Positions 1-9,016 of a stretch of DNA of 64,000 nucleotides are shown piece after piece (position 1 is the first letter of the stretch; every line of letters starts with the position of its first letter). This DNA comes from an uncultured Clostridia bacterium (GTDB taxonomy: Bacteria; Bacillota; Clostridia; Oscillospirales; Ruminococcaceae). Below the pieces are notes generated by a model. The model made no database searches. It worked only from the letters and a program-made list of their open reading frames with translations, and was not told the DNA's origin. The DNA lies in NCBI GenBank assembly GCA_945923775.1, contig CAMELR010000002.1, forward strand, positions 5,837 through 69,836. Direction: 5' to 3'. The position numbers and the translations under genes were made by a program.

Positions 1-2
1 AC

Positions 3-764
3 ACGCTCAACGGCACCACCCTGATGTTCCTGCACCTGCTGACCGGACGCGCAGCAGTATTCGCAGATGTGCGCACATACTGGTCTCCTGATTCAGTGAA
101 GCGCGTGACCGGCTGGACTCCCGACGGCAAGGCGGCAAACGGATTTATCCACCTGATAAACTCCGGCGCGGCAGCGCTGGACGGAACCGGCGCAGTAAAG
201 GACGAGAACGGCGAGAGCGTAATGAAGCCCTGGTGGGACATGACCGAAAAGGACATCGACGCATGCCTGAAGGCAACGACCTGGCCCTGCGCAAACCTCG
301 GATACTTCCGCGGCGGCGGATTCTCCTCCAGCTACTCCACACAGGGAGTTATGCCCTGCACCTTCGCCCGCGTGAATTACGTAAAGCACCTCGGCCCGAC
401 GATACAGATAATCGAGGGCTACACAGTTGAGCTTCCCGAGGACGTAAACAAGACCCTCCTCGGCAGAACTGACCCGACATGGCCTTCCACATGGTTTGCT
501 CCCATCACGGTGCCCGATAAGGTAGCCGTTTCCGACGTTTACAACGTCATGGCAAACTGGGGCGCAAATCACGGCTGTTTCGTCTACGGCCACATCGGCG
601 AGGATCTCGTAACGCTGGCAAGCATGCTGAGGATACCGGTATCCCTGCATAACCTCTCTGACGACCGCCTGTTCCGCCCGCACGCATGGAGCGCATTCGG
701 CACCACCGATCTTGAAGGCGCCGATTACAGAGCCTGCGCAGCTTACGGCAGCCTCTACAAATAA
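3..764 (+). CDS. fucI: L-fucose isomerase, C-terminal part (5' end outside window)
   Basis: The frame is open from the window edge to TAA at 762-764. The translation (FADVRTYWSP..HLINSGAAALDG..YFRGGGFSS..VMANWGANHG..DYRACAAYGSLYK) matches the C-terminal domain of enterobacterial FucI as I recall it. Confidence 0.85.
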   Translation, partial: TLNGTTLMFLHLLTGRAAVFADVRTYWSPDSVKRVTGWTPDGKAANGFIHLINSGAAALDGTGAVKDENGESVMKPWWDMTEKDIDACLKATTWPCANLGYFRGGGFSSSYSTQGVMPCTFARVNYVKHLGPTIQIIEGYTVELPEDVNKTLLGRTDPTWPSTWFAPITVPDKVAVSDVYNVMANWGANHGCFVYGHIGEDLVTLASMLRIPVSLHNLSDDRLFRPHAWSAFGTTDLEGADYRACAAYGSLYK

Positions 765-815
765 AACACAGCCCGGGAGGCGGCGAGCCTCCCGGACTTA
801 TAATGTCTATAATTT

Positions 816-844
816 AAAAAGGCTGCGGATCCGCAGCCTTTTTT
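816..844. terminator. bidirectional intrinsic terminator between fucI and the convergent 3D-domain gene
   Basis: Perfect palindrome GGCTGCGGATCCGCAGCC (821-838) flanked by A5 (816-820) and T6 (839-844). Confidence 0.8.
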
Positions 845-845
845 A

Positions 846-1925
846 TCAGCCGTTCCCTTCCTCGAGAACGTAAATATCAACCTGAACAGCGCCCCATGCG
901 CAGCTATCGTAATAATGATCCGCCATGCTGCCGAAATAAAGGTCGACCAGCACGGTGCCGTCCATCAGACCCAGACCGGTATCAGCGGCAACGGCGTAGC
1001 CGTATACCTTTCTGCCGTCGTGGGATACGATGTAGAGCTTGCTTCCGTAAGGGATAACGTTCGGATTTACGGCACAGGTGCCTATCTCGGCGGCTCTGCC
1101 GCTTGCAGTGCGCGCTCCGTAGCCCGCGGTGTACGCGGTGGACTTACCCGAAAGAACGCGTGTGTAGTTCTCCGGAATGCCGTTTACCAGCTTCACAGCC
1201 TCGGGGTCGGAAGTCTTGGAATACGGAACAGCGGAAGCCGTGCCGCGCTCAATGACCTCGGTAACAGGCTCTGCGGTGGTCTTTTCGCTGAGAAGCTCCT
1301 GGCTTGTCAGCTTGCCGTCTACGTACTTTTCCTTGACGGTGTATACGCACTTGCCGTTAATTCCGGCGGTGACAACATTCTCTGTGCCTATGGCGAGGTT
1401 GCAGTTGTCGGTGTATTCTGTGTCGTAAGCGATATCAGAGGTGCTTTCGCGGGTGACGTACTCAACGCGGGTCACGGTGATTTCCATGTCCTTGTAAGCA
1501 CGGTCGGTGAGTTCGCAGGAAAGCTCGTCGTATTCGCCGAGGGTGATCCCTGCCTTCTCAAGGACGTCTGCAACGGTTCCTTCTATCATCGGAACTGCCT
1601 TTGTTTCGCCGTCAACGGTGACGTTCACGTCGAATGCGCGGTAGATGGTGATGTAGGCGGTGTTGCTGCTGACTTCCTCGTATGATACCTTGTCGTTGCT
1701 GCTGAGCTGGTAGTTGCCGAGCTTCAGTATAGCGTAAACATCGGATTCAGACGTCATGAGTTCTCTTGTAACGCCGTTATCCGTAATGTAGACCCGATCC
1801 TTGAAGTAGATCGAACCTGTCATAACTGCCACCATAAATATCGTGGCTGCGAACATAGCCGCCTTGACGAGCCTGCTTCTGAGATCCAGCCTGTTCATCT
1901 TGGCGTTTATCATCTGTGGTTTCAT
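846..1925 (-). CDS. membrane-anchored cell-wall protein with G5 and C-terminal 3D domains (YabE/RpfB-like)
   Basis: 359 aa with an N-terminal TM (AAMFAATIFMVAVMTGSIYF). G5-like block TEYTDNCNLAIGTENVVTAGINGKCVYTVKEKYVDGK. 3D block GKSTAYTAGYGARTASGR..GTCAVNPNVIPYGSKLYIV..AADTGLGLMDGTVLVDLYF. AGGAGG lies 5 nt upstream of the ATG. Confidence 0.8.
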   Translation of the reverse strand: MKPQMINAKMNRLDLRSRLVKAAMFAATIFMVAVMTGSIYFKDRVYITDNGVTRELMTSESDVYAILKLGNYQLSSNDKVSYEEVSSNTAYITIYRAFDVNVTVDGETKAVPMIEGTVADVLEKAGITLGEYDELSCELTDRAYKDMEITVTRVEYVTRESTSDIAYDTEYTDNCNLAIGTENVVTAGINGKCVYTVKEKYVDGKLTSQELLSEKTTAEPVTEVIERGTASAVPYSKTSDPEAVKLVNGIPENYTRVLSGKSTAYTAGYGARTASGRAAEIGTCAVNPNVIPYGSKLYIVSHDGRKVYGYAVAADTGLGLMDGTVLVDLYFGSMADHYYDSCAWGAVQVDIYVLEEGNG

Positions 1926-2184
1926 ATTTGCCTCCTGAGTAGTTACTCATGCCCTCCCGGCAATCTCCCCGTATCCGGCAGGTGCCGGAATGCGGGTGTA
2001 ACTTCCGTACAGCGTCAGGCTTTGGGGAAAGCCCTAAGCTGAAGCAAAACGCACTGTCCCCAACAGAGCTTTGCATTTCGAAGCCTATTATCTATCTACC
2101 CTCCGCTAAGGCGGAAGTCGGCTTCTGATCGTTCTCTTTTTTGAAAGCAGCACAAAAGGCCGCACGGAGCTTTTTGCTTCGATG
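1926..2184 (-). promoter_or_regulatory. long GC-rich structured 5' leader of the 3D/G5 gene; candidate c-di-AMP (ydaO-class) riboswitch
   Basis: About 260 nt lie between the consensus promoter and the ATG. Several strong hairpins are present (CUUCCGC-CUUA-GCGGAGG, GGCUUU-CCCC-AAAGCC, CCGGCA-CC-UGCCGG). GCCGA..GGAGG, GGGGAC, CACCCGC and ACGGGGAG segments resemble ydaO-class motifs from memory. The class assignment is not proven. Confidence 0.35.
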
Positions 2185-2190
2185 GTTTGT

Positions 2191-2219
2191 ATTATAGCCC
2201 TTTTCCTTGTCAATGTCAA
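2191..2219 (-). promoter_or_regulatory. sigma-A type promoter of the 3D/G5 gene
   Basis: Minus strand reads TTGACA (2219-2214), 17 nt, TATAAT (2196-2191). Confidence 0.7.
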
Positions 2220-2500
2220 ACGAACGGAAGTTCATAATTTTGTTGAAGTTTCACAAATCTCATTTGTAACCGATTTGTAATCATTCGATTAAAAGCTGAG
2301 TTTCTGTAAAAATCTGTATTTTAAACGTTTTCTTTTTGTAAAAATCACTAAAAATCAAACTTGCGAATTCGCCATCATTCTTAACAAAAATCAACAATGT
2401 TGCGTTTTATAAGTTTGTTGATTTGAGACAATGAAACGACCATACTTTTTCATGCCGTGAACTCCATCTGCATAAGAATGCGGGTTTGCAAAAATATATG

Positions 2501-2529
2501 GTGACAAACGTCCGGATATGTGTTATAAT
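2501..2529 (+). promoter_or_regulatory. promoter of the NUDIX gene
   Basis: GTGACA (2501-2506), 17 nt, TATAAT (2524-2529), with extended -10 TGT. Confidence 0.55.
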
Positions 2530-2618
2530 AGTATAGAAATAGTAAAAGCACCTGGAGGATCCGGGGCAAGAGATATCGTTATATTATATATAGTATAAGA
2601 GGAAAGGACAAACGGAGC

Positions 2619-3038
2619 ATGAATCACGAGAAATCCTGCGGTGCAATAGTATACAGAAAGCGCCACGGGAACACAGAGATCCTGCTGATAAAGCATGTAA
2701 GATCCGGCTGCTGGTCGTTCCCGAAGGGCCACATGGAGCCCGGCGAGAACGAAATGCAGACAGCGATCCGCGAGATAAAGGAAGAAACGAACATCGACGT
2801 ATCAATAGACGACCCGTCGTTCCGCCAGGTAGTGGTATTCAATCCACGACGGGACATAACCAAGGAAGTAGTGTACTTCCTGGCCCGGGCGGTGACGTTC
2901 GAGTGCGAGCGCCAGGAAGAAGAAATAGCCGATGTGCGCTGGGTCGAGATAGGTCAGGCAGGGGCGGTGCTGAACTACGACAACGACCGGCTGCTTGTAA
3001 ACCGGGCTAAAGCGTTCCTGGCAAAATCCAAAATATAA
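2619..3038 (+). CDS. NUDIX hydrolase
   Basis: 139 aa with a Nudix box GHMEPGENEMQTAIREIKEETNI (GX5EX7REUXEEXGU). Confidence 0.85.
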   Translation: MNHEKSCGAIVYRKRHGNTEILLIKHVRSGCWSFPKGHMEPGENEMQTAIREIKEETNIDVSIDDPSFRQVVVFNPRRDITKEVVYFLARAVTFECERQEEEIADVRWVEIGQAGAVLNYDNDRLLVNRAKAFLAKSKI

Positions 3039-3179
3039 AAAAGAAAAAACTTGCAACCTTTTTATGGGGAACTTTGTTTTATAGACAGAACGGGCTGAAC
3101 GCCCGGAAGATCCAAAACAAAAGCGCGCCGGATACAGACAGTCCGGAGCATTAATCAAGCACCCAAGGGAGGTTTCACC

Positions 3180-5276
3180 ATGAAAAGAAGAATACTTGCA
3201 ATGAGCATGGCGGCAGTGACCGCGCTCACATCGACCAGTATCTGCGCATTCGCAGACGGACAGAACAGCGAAGCCCTGGCTTCCGCAATAACCATCGCAA
3301 AGACCCGTCTTGACATTCCGGAGGAGCTGACCGAATTCAGCTACAACACCTCTGAAAATTACAAGGCCACCACCTACGACCTCACATGGAGCACCCCTGC
3401 CGACGCCAACGAATACAGGGAAGTATCAGTAACCGTATGCGGAAGCCTGATACTGTCCTACTACGACAGCTCCATGTATTCGTACAAGGACGCCGACAGC
3501 CACTTTGCAAAGCTCACCGGAGACGCGCTCTACAAGAAGGCTCAGGCGGCGGTCAAGAAGCTGAATCCGACGGTTGCCGACGTTATCTCCATCGACCGTG
3601 ACAGCCTTGACATCACCATGTACGGCAGCAGCGCGCAGTTCTCTTTCGTAAGAACCAAGAACGGCGTACCGGTCAGCAACGACCGCGGCTCCATAGTGCT
3701 CGACAAGGACACCGGCAATGTCATAGGCTTCCACATGAACTGGCATGTCAACGCGTCTTTCAGGGACAGCAAGTCCGCAATCTCGCTTGACAAGGCAAAG
3801 CAGAAGTACGCCGAAATGATACAGCTCACCCCGCAGTATGAATTTGATTACGACTGGCAAACCAAAAAATTGACCGCGAGACTGGTATACCGCCAGGGTC
3901 AGTACGGCGAGATAAACGCATTCACCGGCAAAAAGAGCGATTTCAGCGCCGACGGCTACTATGACGACAGCAACGATATAACCGAAGACGCGACCGCCGA
4001 CATGGACAACGGCAAGGGCAGCGGCGAAGGCGGCTATCAGTTCACCGAGCAGGAGCAGGCAGAGCTTGACAAGAAGCTCCCCTACGCAAGCAGCGAAGCT
4101 GTAATAAAGCTCATGCAGGCGGATAAGTGGCTGACCTACTCCACTGATATGGAGCTTGTTTCATCTGATCTGTACAAGGTAAGCTTTACAGGTAAGGACA
4201 AGTATTACTACACCGCGAACTTCTCCAGCCATGTTCCCGACGAGAACGACTACGTTTACGAGGAGATCGTCGATGAGGACGGTTCTGTAAGCGTTCCGGC
4301 AGTAGAGTCAACCCAGGACTGGCAGGAAGTCAACATCACCGTTGACGCGGAAAGCGGTCAGATAATGAGCTATTATTTCTGGGATACCCGTGACAGCATA
4401 TCCAGCTCATATGACCTCGATAAGGCAGACAAGCTCGCCGAGGAGATTGCAAAGACCTACGCGGGCGACCGTTTCGCAGAATACAAGCTGGATTATTCCA
4501 CAGATTACTCCTGGACAGACCAGAACAACAAAACATTCTATAACGGAAGCAGCCATTCCTGGGACAGATACTCCAACGACATACTGGTCAGCGGAGATTC
4601 CATCAGCGTAGGCTTTAATGCAGATATGAAGCTGACTAACTACAGCTACAGCTATACCGATGTCAAGCTCCCTGACCCGTCAAGAATGCTCAGCACCGAC
4701 ATGGTAATGCAGAAGTTCTGGGAAAACAACGACCTGAACCTCTACTATCTCGCAAGATTCACCGACAAGAAAACCAAGACCGTGCTCGTATACGGCACTG
4801 ATTCCGACGTTTACGTTGACGCGACCACCGGCGAGCCGGTATACGACTGGCAGTATACCTCCGATGCTGCGAACGACCTCTCCGGCATAAAGGACAAGAA
4901 GATACTGAAGATGGCGAAGGCACTGGACGATCACGGATTCCTGATCTCCACTGAAAAGTTCAGCGAGAACGACACCGCCGATTCCGCAGTATTCGAGCAG
5001 CTCATGGGCGTAAATTCCGACGAGGAAAGCAAGAAGCTGACCCGCGGCGACGCTCTGGTGATCTTCACAAAGTCCGTAGCCGGCGACTCCATTCCGGAGC
5101 TGAAGGGCATCTACAAGTCTCCGTTCAGCGACGTTAAGGACACCGACAAGAACGTTGGCTATTACGCTATCGCATATGCAATGGGCGCTGTAAGCGGAAA
5201 TAAGCTCAACGCAAAAGCAGACTTCACCTACGGGGATATGATAAAGATGGTTTATACGTTCTACGCAGCGGAATAA
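3180..5276 (+). CDS. secreted repeat protein with C-terminal SLH-like segment
   Basis: 698 aa with signal peptide MKRRILAMSMAAVTALTSTSICAFA and GGGAGG RBS. Repeated beta-rich modules are present. The C-terminal FSDVKDTDKNVGYYAIAYAMGAVSGN resembles an S-layer-homology motif. Confidence 0.6.
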   Translation: MKRRILAMSMAAVTALTSTSICAFADGQNSEALASAITIAKTRLDIPEELTEFSYNTSENYKATTYDLTWSTPADANEYREVSVTVCGSLILSYYDSSMYSYKDADSHFAKLTGDALYKKAQAAVKKLNPTVADVISIDRDSLDITMYGSSAQFSFVRTKNGVPVSNDRGSIVLDKDTGNVIGFHMNWHVNASFRDSKSAISLDKAKQKYAEMIQLTPQYEFDYDWQTKKLTARLVYRQGQYGEINAFTGKKSDFSADGYYDDSNDITEDATADMDNGKGSGEGGYQFTEQEQAELDKKLPYASSEAVIKLMQADKWLTYSTDMELVSSDLYKVSFTGKDKYYYTANFSSHVPDENDYVYEEIVDEDGSVSVPAVESTQDWQEVNITVDAESGQIMSYYFWDTRDSISSSYDLDKADKLAEEIAKTYAGDRFAEYKLDYSTDYSWTDQNNKTFYNGSSHSWDRYSNDILVSGDSISVGFNADMKLTNYSYSYTDVKLPDPSRMLSTDMVMQKFWENNDLNLYYLARFTDKKTKTVLVYGTDSDVYVDATTGEPVYDWQYTSDAANDLSGIKDKKILKMAKALDDHGFLISTEKFSENDTADSAVFEQLMGVNSDEESKKLTRGDALVIFTKSVAGDSIPELKGIYKSPFSDVKDTDKNVGYYAIAYAMGAVSGNKLNAKADFTYGDMIKMVYTFYAAE

Positions 5277-5299
5277 ATCACACAGGGGTTTAAATATAT

Positions 5300-5333
5300 G
5301 CGCTCCCGCCGGACAGCGGGAGCGCTGTTTTTT
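5300..5333 (+). terminator. intrinsic terminator
   Basis: GCGCTCCCGC-CGGACA-GCGGGAGCGC followed by TGTTTTTT. Confidence 0.85.
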
Positions 5334-5509
5334 CGGTGTATTGCAAGAAAAACCGATCAGGGTTTTGGCGATAATACCCAAAATTCCCGTGGAGTGTGAA
5401 AATGTAGTGAAATCATATTAACAAATCACATGTTGTGTGGTAAAATAAACTTGTAGTATGGAAATTATCGTGCTCCCTGAAACCCGGGAGCTGGTTCGTG
5501 GAGGTATAT

Positions 5510-6229
5510 ATGGACGAAAATTCGAGAGTAAGCCTTACTAAGCCCACCGGTCAGGCAGGTCAGACGGCTCAGGGCGGCGCCCAGGGCTGGAGAGACCCCG
5601 CCACCGGAGAAATATATGCGCAGCAGCCGGTACAGTACCAGCAGGCTCCGCAGCAGGGTCAGCCCTATCAGCCCTACCAGCAGTACGCTCAGCCAGTTCA
5701 ACCAGTTCAGCCTCAGCCAGCCCAGACGTACCACCAGGGAGTTCCGAATAATATCCCGCAGCAGGTAAACTGGCAGGGACAGCCCCAGAACAACGCGTAT
5801 CAGCCCTATCGTCAGGACACTGTGCCCCAGGGAGGATATCAGCAGCCGATGAATGGACCGACAAAATTCTGCAAGCACTGCGGACAAGTCATACCTGCGG
5901 ACGCGGTGATATGCACCCACTGCGGCAGGCAGGTCGAGGAGCTGCGCACTGCGCCGTCAGCGGCACAGCCGATAATTATTAACAACAGCAACAACAATAC
6001 GAACAATAACGTGAACACAGCCGCAATGGTTCCGATGGGGAAGCCGAAAAATAAGTGGGTAGCATTTTTCCTGTGCCTGTTCCTCGGCGAGTTCGGAATC
6101 CACCGTTTCTACGAAGGCAAGATAGGCACCGGAATTATCTGGCTGCTGACGTTCGGACTTCTGGGGTTAGGCACCCTGATAGACCTGATAATCATTCTGT
6201 GCAAGCCGAACCCGTATTATGTAAGATAA
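5510..6229 (+). CDS. TM2 domain protein with Pro/Gln-rich N-terminus and zinc ribbon
   Basis: ATG at 5510 is preceded by GGAGG, and the track's GTG at 5498 sits in the RBS. Contains CKHCG..CTHCG zinc ribbon. C-terminal TM2 signature [34 protein letters not shown]. Confidence 0.8.
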   Translation: MDENSRVSLTKPTGQAGQTAQGGAQGWRDPATGEIYAQQPVQYQQAPQQGQPYQPYQQYAQPVQPVQPQPAQTYHQGVPNNIPQQVNWQGQPQNNAYQPYRQDTVPQGGYQQPMNGPTKFCKHCGQVIPADAVICTHCGRQVEELRTAPSAAQPIIINNSNNNTNNNVNTAAMVPMGKPKNKWVAFFLCLFLGEFGIHRFYEGKIGTGIIWLLTFGLLGLGTLIDLIIILCKPNPYYVR

Positions 6230-6230
6230 A

Positions 6231-6262
6231 AAACCGCCCGGCGGGGAAACCGGGCGGTTTTC
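6231..6262. terminator. bidirectional intrinsic terminator
   Basis: CCGCCCGG (6234-6241) pairs with CCGGGCGG (6250-6257), with an A-run upstream and TTTTC downstream. Confidence 0.75.
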
Positions 6263-6306
6263 TTATGCACGGACGGGGGAAGTCCGCGCAGTCTGGAGCG
6301 TCAAAA

Positions 6307-6513
6307 TCAGCAGAGCTCAGCGAGATAGTTCTCAATTATCTCATAGATATGGACAGGCGATGCGTCAAACCTGTTAAGCGCGTCAACGAACTGCTGAATA
6401 GCTGTTCTGCTTGTGGTGATGTCCTCAACAAGACATTTGCCAAATTCCACACCGTAGCCCGTATAACTTTCGCCGTCCTCGTTGGTGTACTGCTTTTCCG
6501 TGATCGTCCACAT
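6307..6513 (-). CDS. small hypothetical protein (68 aa)
   Basis: ATG at 6513 is preceded by AAGGAGAAGG. The track's upstream Met at 6594 falls in the -35 hexamer of its own promoter. No domain recognised. Confidence 0.6.
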   Translation of the reverse strand: MWTITEKQYTNEDGESYTGYGVEFGKCLVEDITTSRTAIQQFVDALNRFDASPVHIYEIIENYLAELC

Positions 6514-6565
6514 ACGTTCCTTCTCCTTTTTATTACTGGGATAATTTTGCTCTTTGTATACTAAA

Positions 6566-6594
6566 AGTATACCATAACCATTCTCAAATGTCAA
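6566..6594 (-). promoter_or_regulatory. promoter of the 68-aa gene
   Basis: Minus strand reads TTGACA (6594-6589), 17 nt, TATACT (6571-6566), with TGG extended -10. Confidence 0.7.
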
Positions 6595-6703
6595 CCGATA
6601 TGCCGTTAAGATTCCGCTAAGAGTAATGATTAACAGAAACTTTACAATTTGTTATATTACGATTCGGCACACATAGACTCCGGTTGATAATTCCAGATAA
6701 ATA

Positions 6704-6732
6704 TTGACACAAAGCGATAATTATGGTATAAT
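6704..6732 (+). promoter_or_regulatory. promoter of the downstream membrane-protein gene
   Basis: TTGACA (6704-6709), 17 nt, TATAAT (6727-6732), with TGG extended -10. Confidence 0.75.
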
Positions 6733-6790
6733 CAACTTTGGCAGTCTGACCGCCGGAAAATTACAAATTGAACAAAAGGTAGGTAATGAA

Positions 6791-7390
6791 ATGAGAGTTG
6801 GATTTGGAACATGGAGACTTCTCTACACGGGAATAGTGCTTCTGGGAATAGGAATTGCATTCATCGTGATGATCAGCGGAGAAATGGCTGATTATGCAAA
6901 GAAGGGAGCCGACTACAGCACATTGCAGTGGAGCGACTTCAAGGAAGGCATGATGATCGAAGGCGACCTCCCGGTAAACTACGGCTCATATGAAGAGATC
7001 GTGAACGACGACAAGAACAGATCCATAGGTCAGTTCTATCTTATAGACGCAGGCGACGACTGCTTCATGGGTATCTACACCCCGATCGACAAGCTTATAA
7101 ACTCCCTCGACGACCAGTACGACGCATGGTATAATGATAAGGACATCAGCCCCGTGCACTTCAAAGGCAAGGTCACAAAGATGGACAGCCAGGACAAGGG
7201 CTTCATAAGGGATTATCTTGTCTCCGCAGGATACACCAGGGACGAAGTTGACAACTATATAGTCGACCTCTACATAAAGTGCGTAGACACAGAATCTCAC
7301 CCGGTAATGCTGATCATCGGAATAGTTGCGACTGCCGGCGGAGTTGTATTCCTGCTGATGTTCGTCCGCAGAAAAATCATGGGACGCTAA
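6791..7390 (+). CDS. hypothetical membrane protein (N- and C-terminal TM helices)
   Basis: ATG at 6791 follows AAAAGGTAGG. The TTG at 6704 used by the ORF track is the -35 box. TM segments are LLYTGIVLLGIGIAFIVMI and VMLIIGIVATAGGVVFLLMFV. Confidence 0.65.
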   Translation: MRVGFGTWRLLYTGIVLLGIGIAFIVMISGEMADYAKKGADYSTLQWSDFKEGMMIEGDLPVNYGSYEEIVNDDKNRSIGQFYLIDAGDDCFMGIYTPIDKLINSLDDQYDAWYNDKDISPVHFKGKVTKMDSQDKGFIRDYLVSAGYTRDEVDNYIVDLYIKCVDTESHPVMLIIGIVATAGGVVFLLMFVRRKIMGR

Positions 7391-7427
7391 GTTCCTAAGC
7401 ACCTAAGTACCCGAATACTTGACAAAA

Positions 7428-7458
7428 ATACCCCTTTCCAGCCGGAAGGGGTATTTTA
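7428..7458 (+). terminator. intrinsic terminator
   Basis: ATACCCCTT..AAGGGGTAT followed by TTT. Confidence 0.7.
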
Positions 7459-7461
7459 TTA

Positions 7462-7492
7462 TAAAAACTGCCCCTCCCGAATGGAAGGGGCA
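7462..7492 (-). terminator. intrinsic terminator of glyQS
   Basis: Minus strand reads TGCCCCTTCC-ATTCG-GGAGGGGCA followed by GTTTTTAT. Confidence 0.7.
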
Positions 7493-7511
7493 ATATTGTT
7501 GAAGCAGGATA

Positions 7512-8885
7512 TCAGAAGAAAATTCTTTCCTCGATGTAAGCTTTGACCTCAGTCAGCGGGATACGAACCTGCTGCATGGAATCACGCTCACGTACTGTTA
7601 CGCAGCCGTCTGTCTCGGTGTCGAAATCGTAGGTAATGCAGAACGGAGTACCGATCTCGTCCTGTCTGCGGTAACGCTTGCCGATAGCGCCAGCATCGTC
7701 GAAATCAACGTTGAAGTACTTAGCAAGCTCATCGTGAAGCTCGCCTGCCTTCTCGCTGAGCTTCTTGGAAAGCGGCAGCACGGCAGCCTTAACAGGAGCC
7801 AGCGCCGGGTGCAGGTGCATTACTGTACGGCTGGTGCCGTCCTCGAGCTGCTCCTCATCGTAAGCGTCGCATACAACTGCAAGGAACAGTCTCTCAACGC
7901 CGAGGGAAGGCTCGATAACATACGGAATGTACTTCTCGTTGGTCTCGGGGTCGAAATATTCAAGGCTCTTGCCGGATGTCTTCTGGTGCTGAGTCAGGTC
8001 GTAGTCGGTGCGGTCTGCAACGCCCCAGAGTTCGCCCCAGCCGAACGGGAACATGAACTCGAAGTCTGTGGTAGCCTTGGAGTAGAAGCAAAGCTCCTCA
8101 GGGCTGTGGTCGCGCAGGCGGATATTCTCCTCCTTCAGACCGAGGGAGAGCAGGAAGTTCTTGCAGTAGCTTCTCCAGTACTGGAACCACTCAAGGTCGG
8201 TGCCGGGCTTGCAGAAGAACTCAAGCTCCATCTGCTCGAACTCGCGCACGCGGAAAATGAACTGACCGGGGGTTATCTCGTTACGGAAGGACTTACCTAC
8301 CTGAGCAACGCCGAACGGAACCTTTTTGCGGCTGGTGCGCTGGATATTAGCAAAGTTAACGAAAATACCCTGAGCAGTCTCCGGACGGAGGTAGATCTCA
8401 TTCTTGCTGTCCTCGGTAACGCCCTGGAAGGTTTTGAACATCAGGTTGAACTGACGGATATCAGTAAAGTTTGTGGAACCGCAGTTCGGGCACTTGATGC
8501 CGTGCTCCCTGATGTAAGTCATCATCTGCTCGTTGGTCCAGCCGTTTGCGTCGCCGCCGTTGTCCTCAATGAGCTTATCTGCGCGGTGACGGGTCTTGCA
8601 GTCCTTGCAGTCCATCAGCGGGTCAGAGAATCCGCCTACGTGGCCGGAGGCTACCCATGTCTGCGGGTTCATCAGGATAGCGGAGTCCAGTCCTACATTG
8701 TACTTGTTCTCCTGAATGAACTTCTTGCGCCATGCGTTCTTGATGTTGGTCTTGAGCTCAACGCCGAGGGGGCCGTAGTCCCATGTGTTAGCGAGTCCGC
8801 CGTAAATCTCACTGCCGGGGTAAACGAAGCCTCTGCCCTTGCAGAGGGCAACGATTTTGTCGAGGGTCTTTTCTGTGTTGTTCAT
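7512..8885 (-). CDS. glyQS: glycine--tRNA ligase (dimeric class II type)
   Basis: 457 aa. N-terminus [41 protein letters not shown] and class II motifs ([30 protein letters not shown]) are typical of GlyQS. Confidence 0.95.
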   Translation of the reverse strand: MNNTEKTLDKIVALCKGRGFVYPGSEIYGGLANTWDYGPLGVELKTNIKNAWRKKFIQENKYNVGLDSAILMNPQTWVASGHVGGFSDPLMDCKDCKTRHRADKLIEDNGGDANGWTNEQMMTYIREHGIKCPNCGSTNFTDIRQFNLMFKTFQGVTEDSKNEIYLRPETAQGIFVNFANIQRTSRKKVPFGVAQVGKSFRNEITPGQFIFRVREFEQMELEFFCKPGTDLEWFQYWRSYCKNFLLSLGLKEENIRLRDHSPEELCFYSKATTDFEFMFPFGWGELWGVADRTDYDLTQHQKTSGKSLEYFDPETNEKYIPYVIEPSLGVERLFLAVVCDAYDEEQLEDGTSRTVMHLHPALAPVKAAVLPLSKKLSEKAGELHDELAKYFNVDFDDAGAIGKRYRRQDEIGTPFCITYDFDTETDGCVTVRERDSMQQVRIPLTEVKAYIEERIFF

Positions 8886-8942
8886 GTTTGATTCCTTTCA
8901 GCCCTGCATGGCTTGCAGGGACAGTAAAATAGTTACTTATAT

Positions 8943-8971
8943 AGTATAACGCAAAACCGCTCATTAGTCAA
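8943..8971 (-). promoter_or_regulatory. glyQS promoter
   Basis: Minus strand reads TTGACT (8971-8966), 17 nt, TATACT (8948-8943). This leaves only about a 55-nt leader. Confidence 0.7.
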
Positions 8972-8982
8972 GTATCAGGGCG

Positions 8983-9010
8983 CAAAAAACGGGAGCGTGA
9001 ACTCCCGTTT
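8983..9010 (-). terminator. intrinsic terminator of mgtE
   Basis: Minus strand reads ACGGGAG-UUCACG-CUCCCGU followed by UUUUUUG. Confidence 0.85.
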
Positions 9011-9016
9011 AGTATT

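Noticed and set aside
2300-2395. Recurrent TGTAAAAATC / AAAAATC words in the 690-bp spacer between the 3D-domain gene and the NUDIX gene.
   Set aside because: These are short A/T-rich words in an AT-rich spacer, with no fixed spacing or palindromy. They are not distinguishable from compositional noise without a genome-wide background.
5465-5920. Minus-strand ORFs antisense to the Pro/Gln-rich part of the TM2-domain gene.
   Set aside because: They are open because of the CAG/CCG-rich repeat composition. The plus-strand gene has an RBS, a zinc ribbon and a TM2 domain.
6514-6790. Upstream starts proposed by the ORF track for the 6307-6594 and 6704-7390 ORFs.
   Set aside because: Both proposed start codons fall inside the -35 hexamers of consensus promoters (6589-6594 and 6704-6709). 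Internal ATGs with good RBS (6513 and 6791) are the likely starts.
7734-8891. 385-aa plus-strand ORF antisense to glyQS. Similar antisense ORFs lie opposite ilvE (11506-12417), mtaB (13778-14686), serS (32687-34087), gyrA (40839-41888), gyrB (43419-44378 and 44460-45011) and thrS (59286-60434).
   Set aside because: All are mirror-frame ORFs opposite highly conserved housekeeping genes. Their composition is typical of antisense translation and they have no start-site signals.
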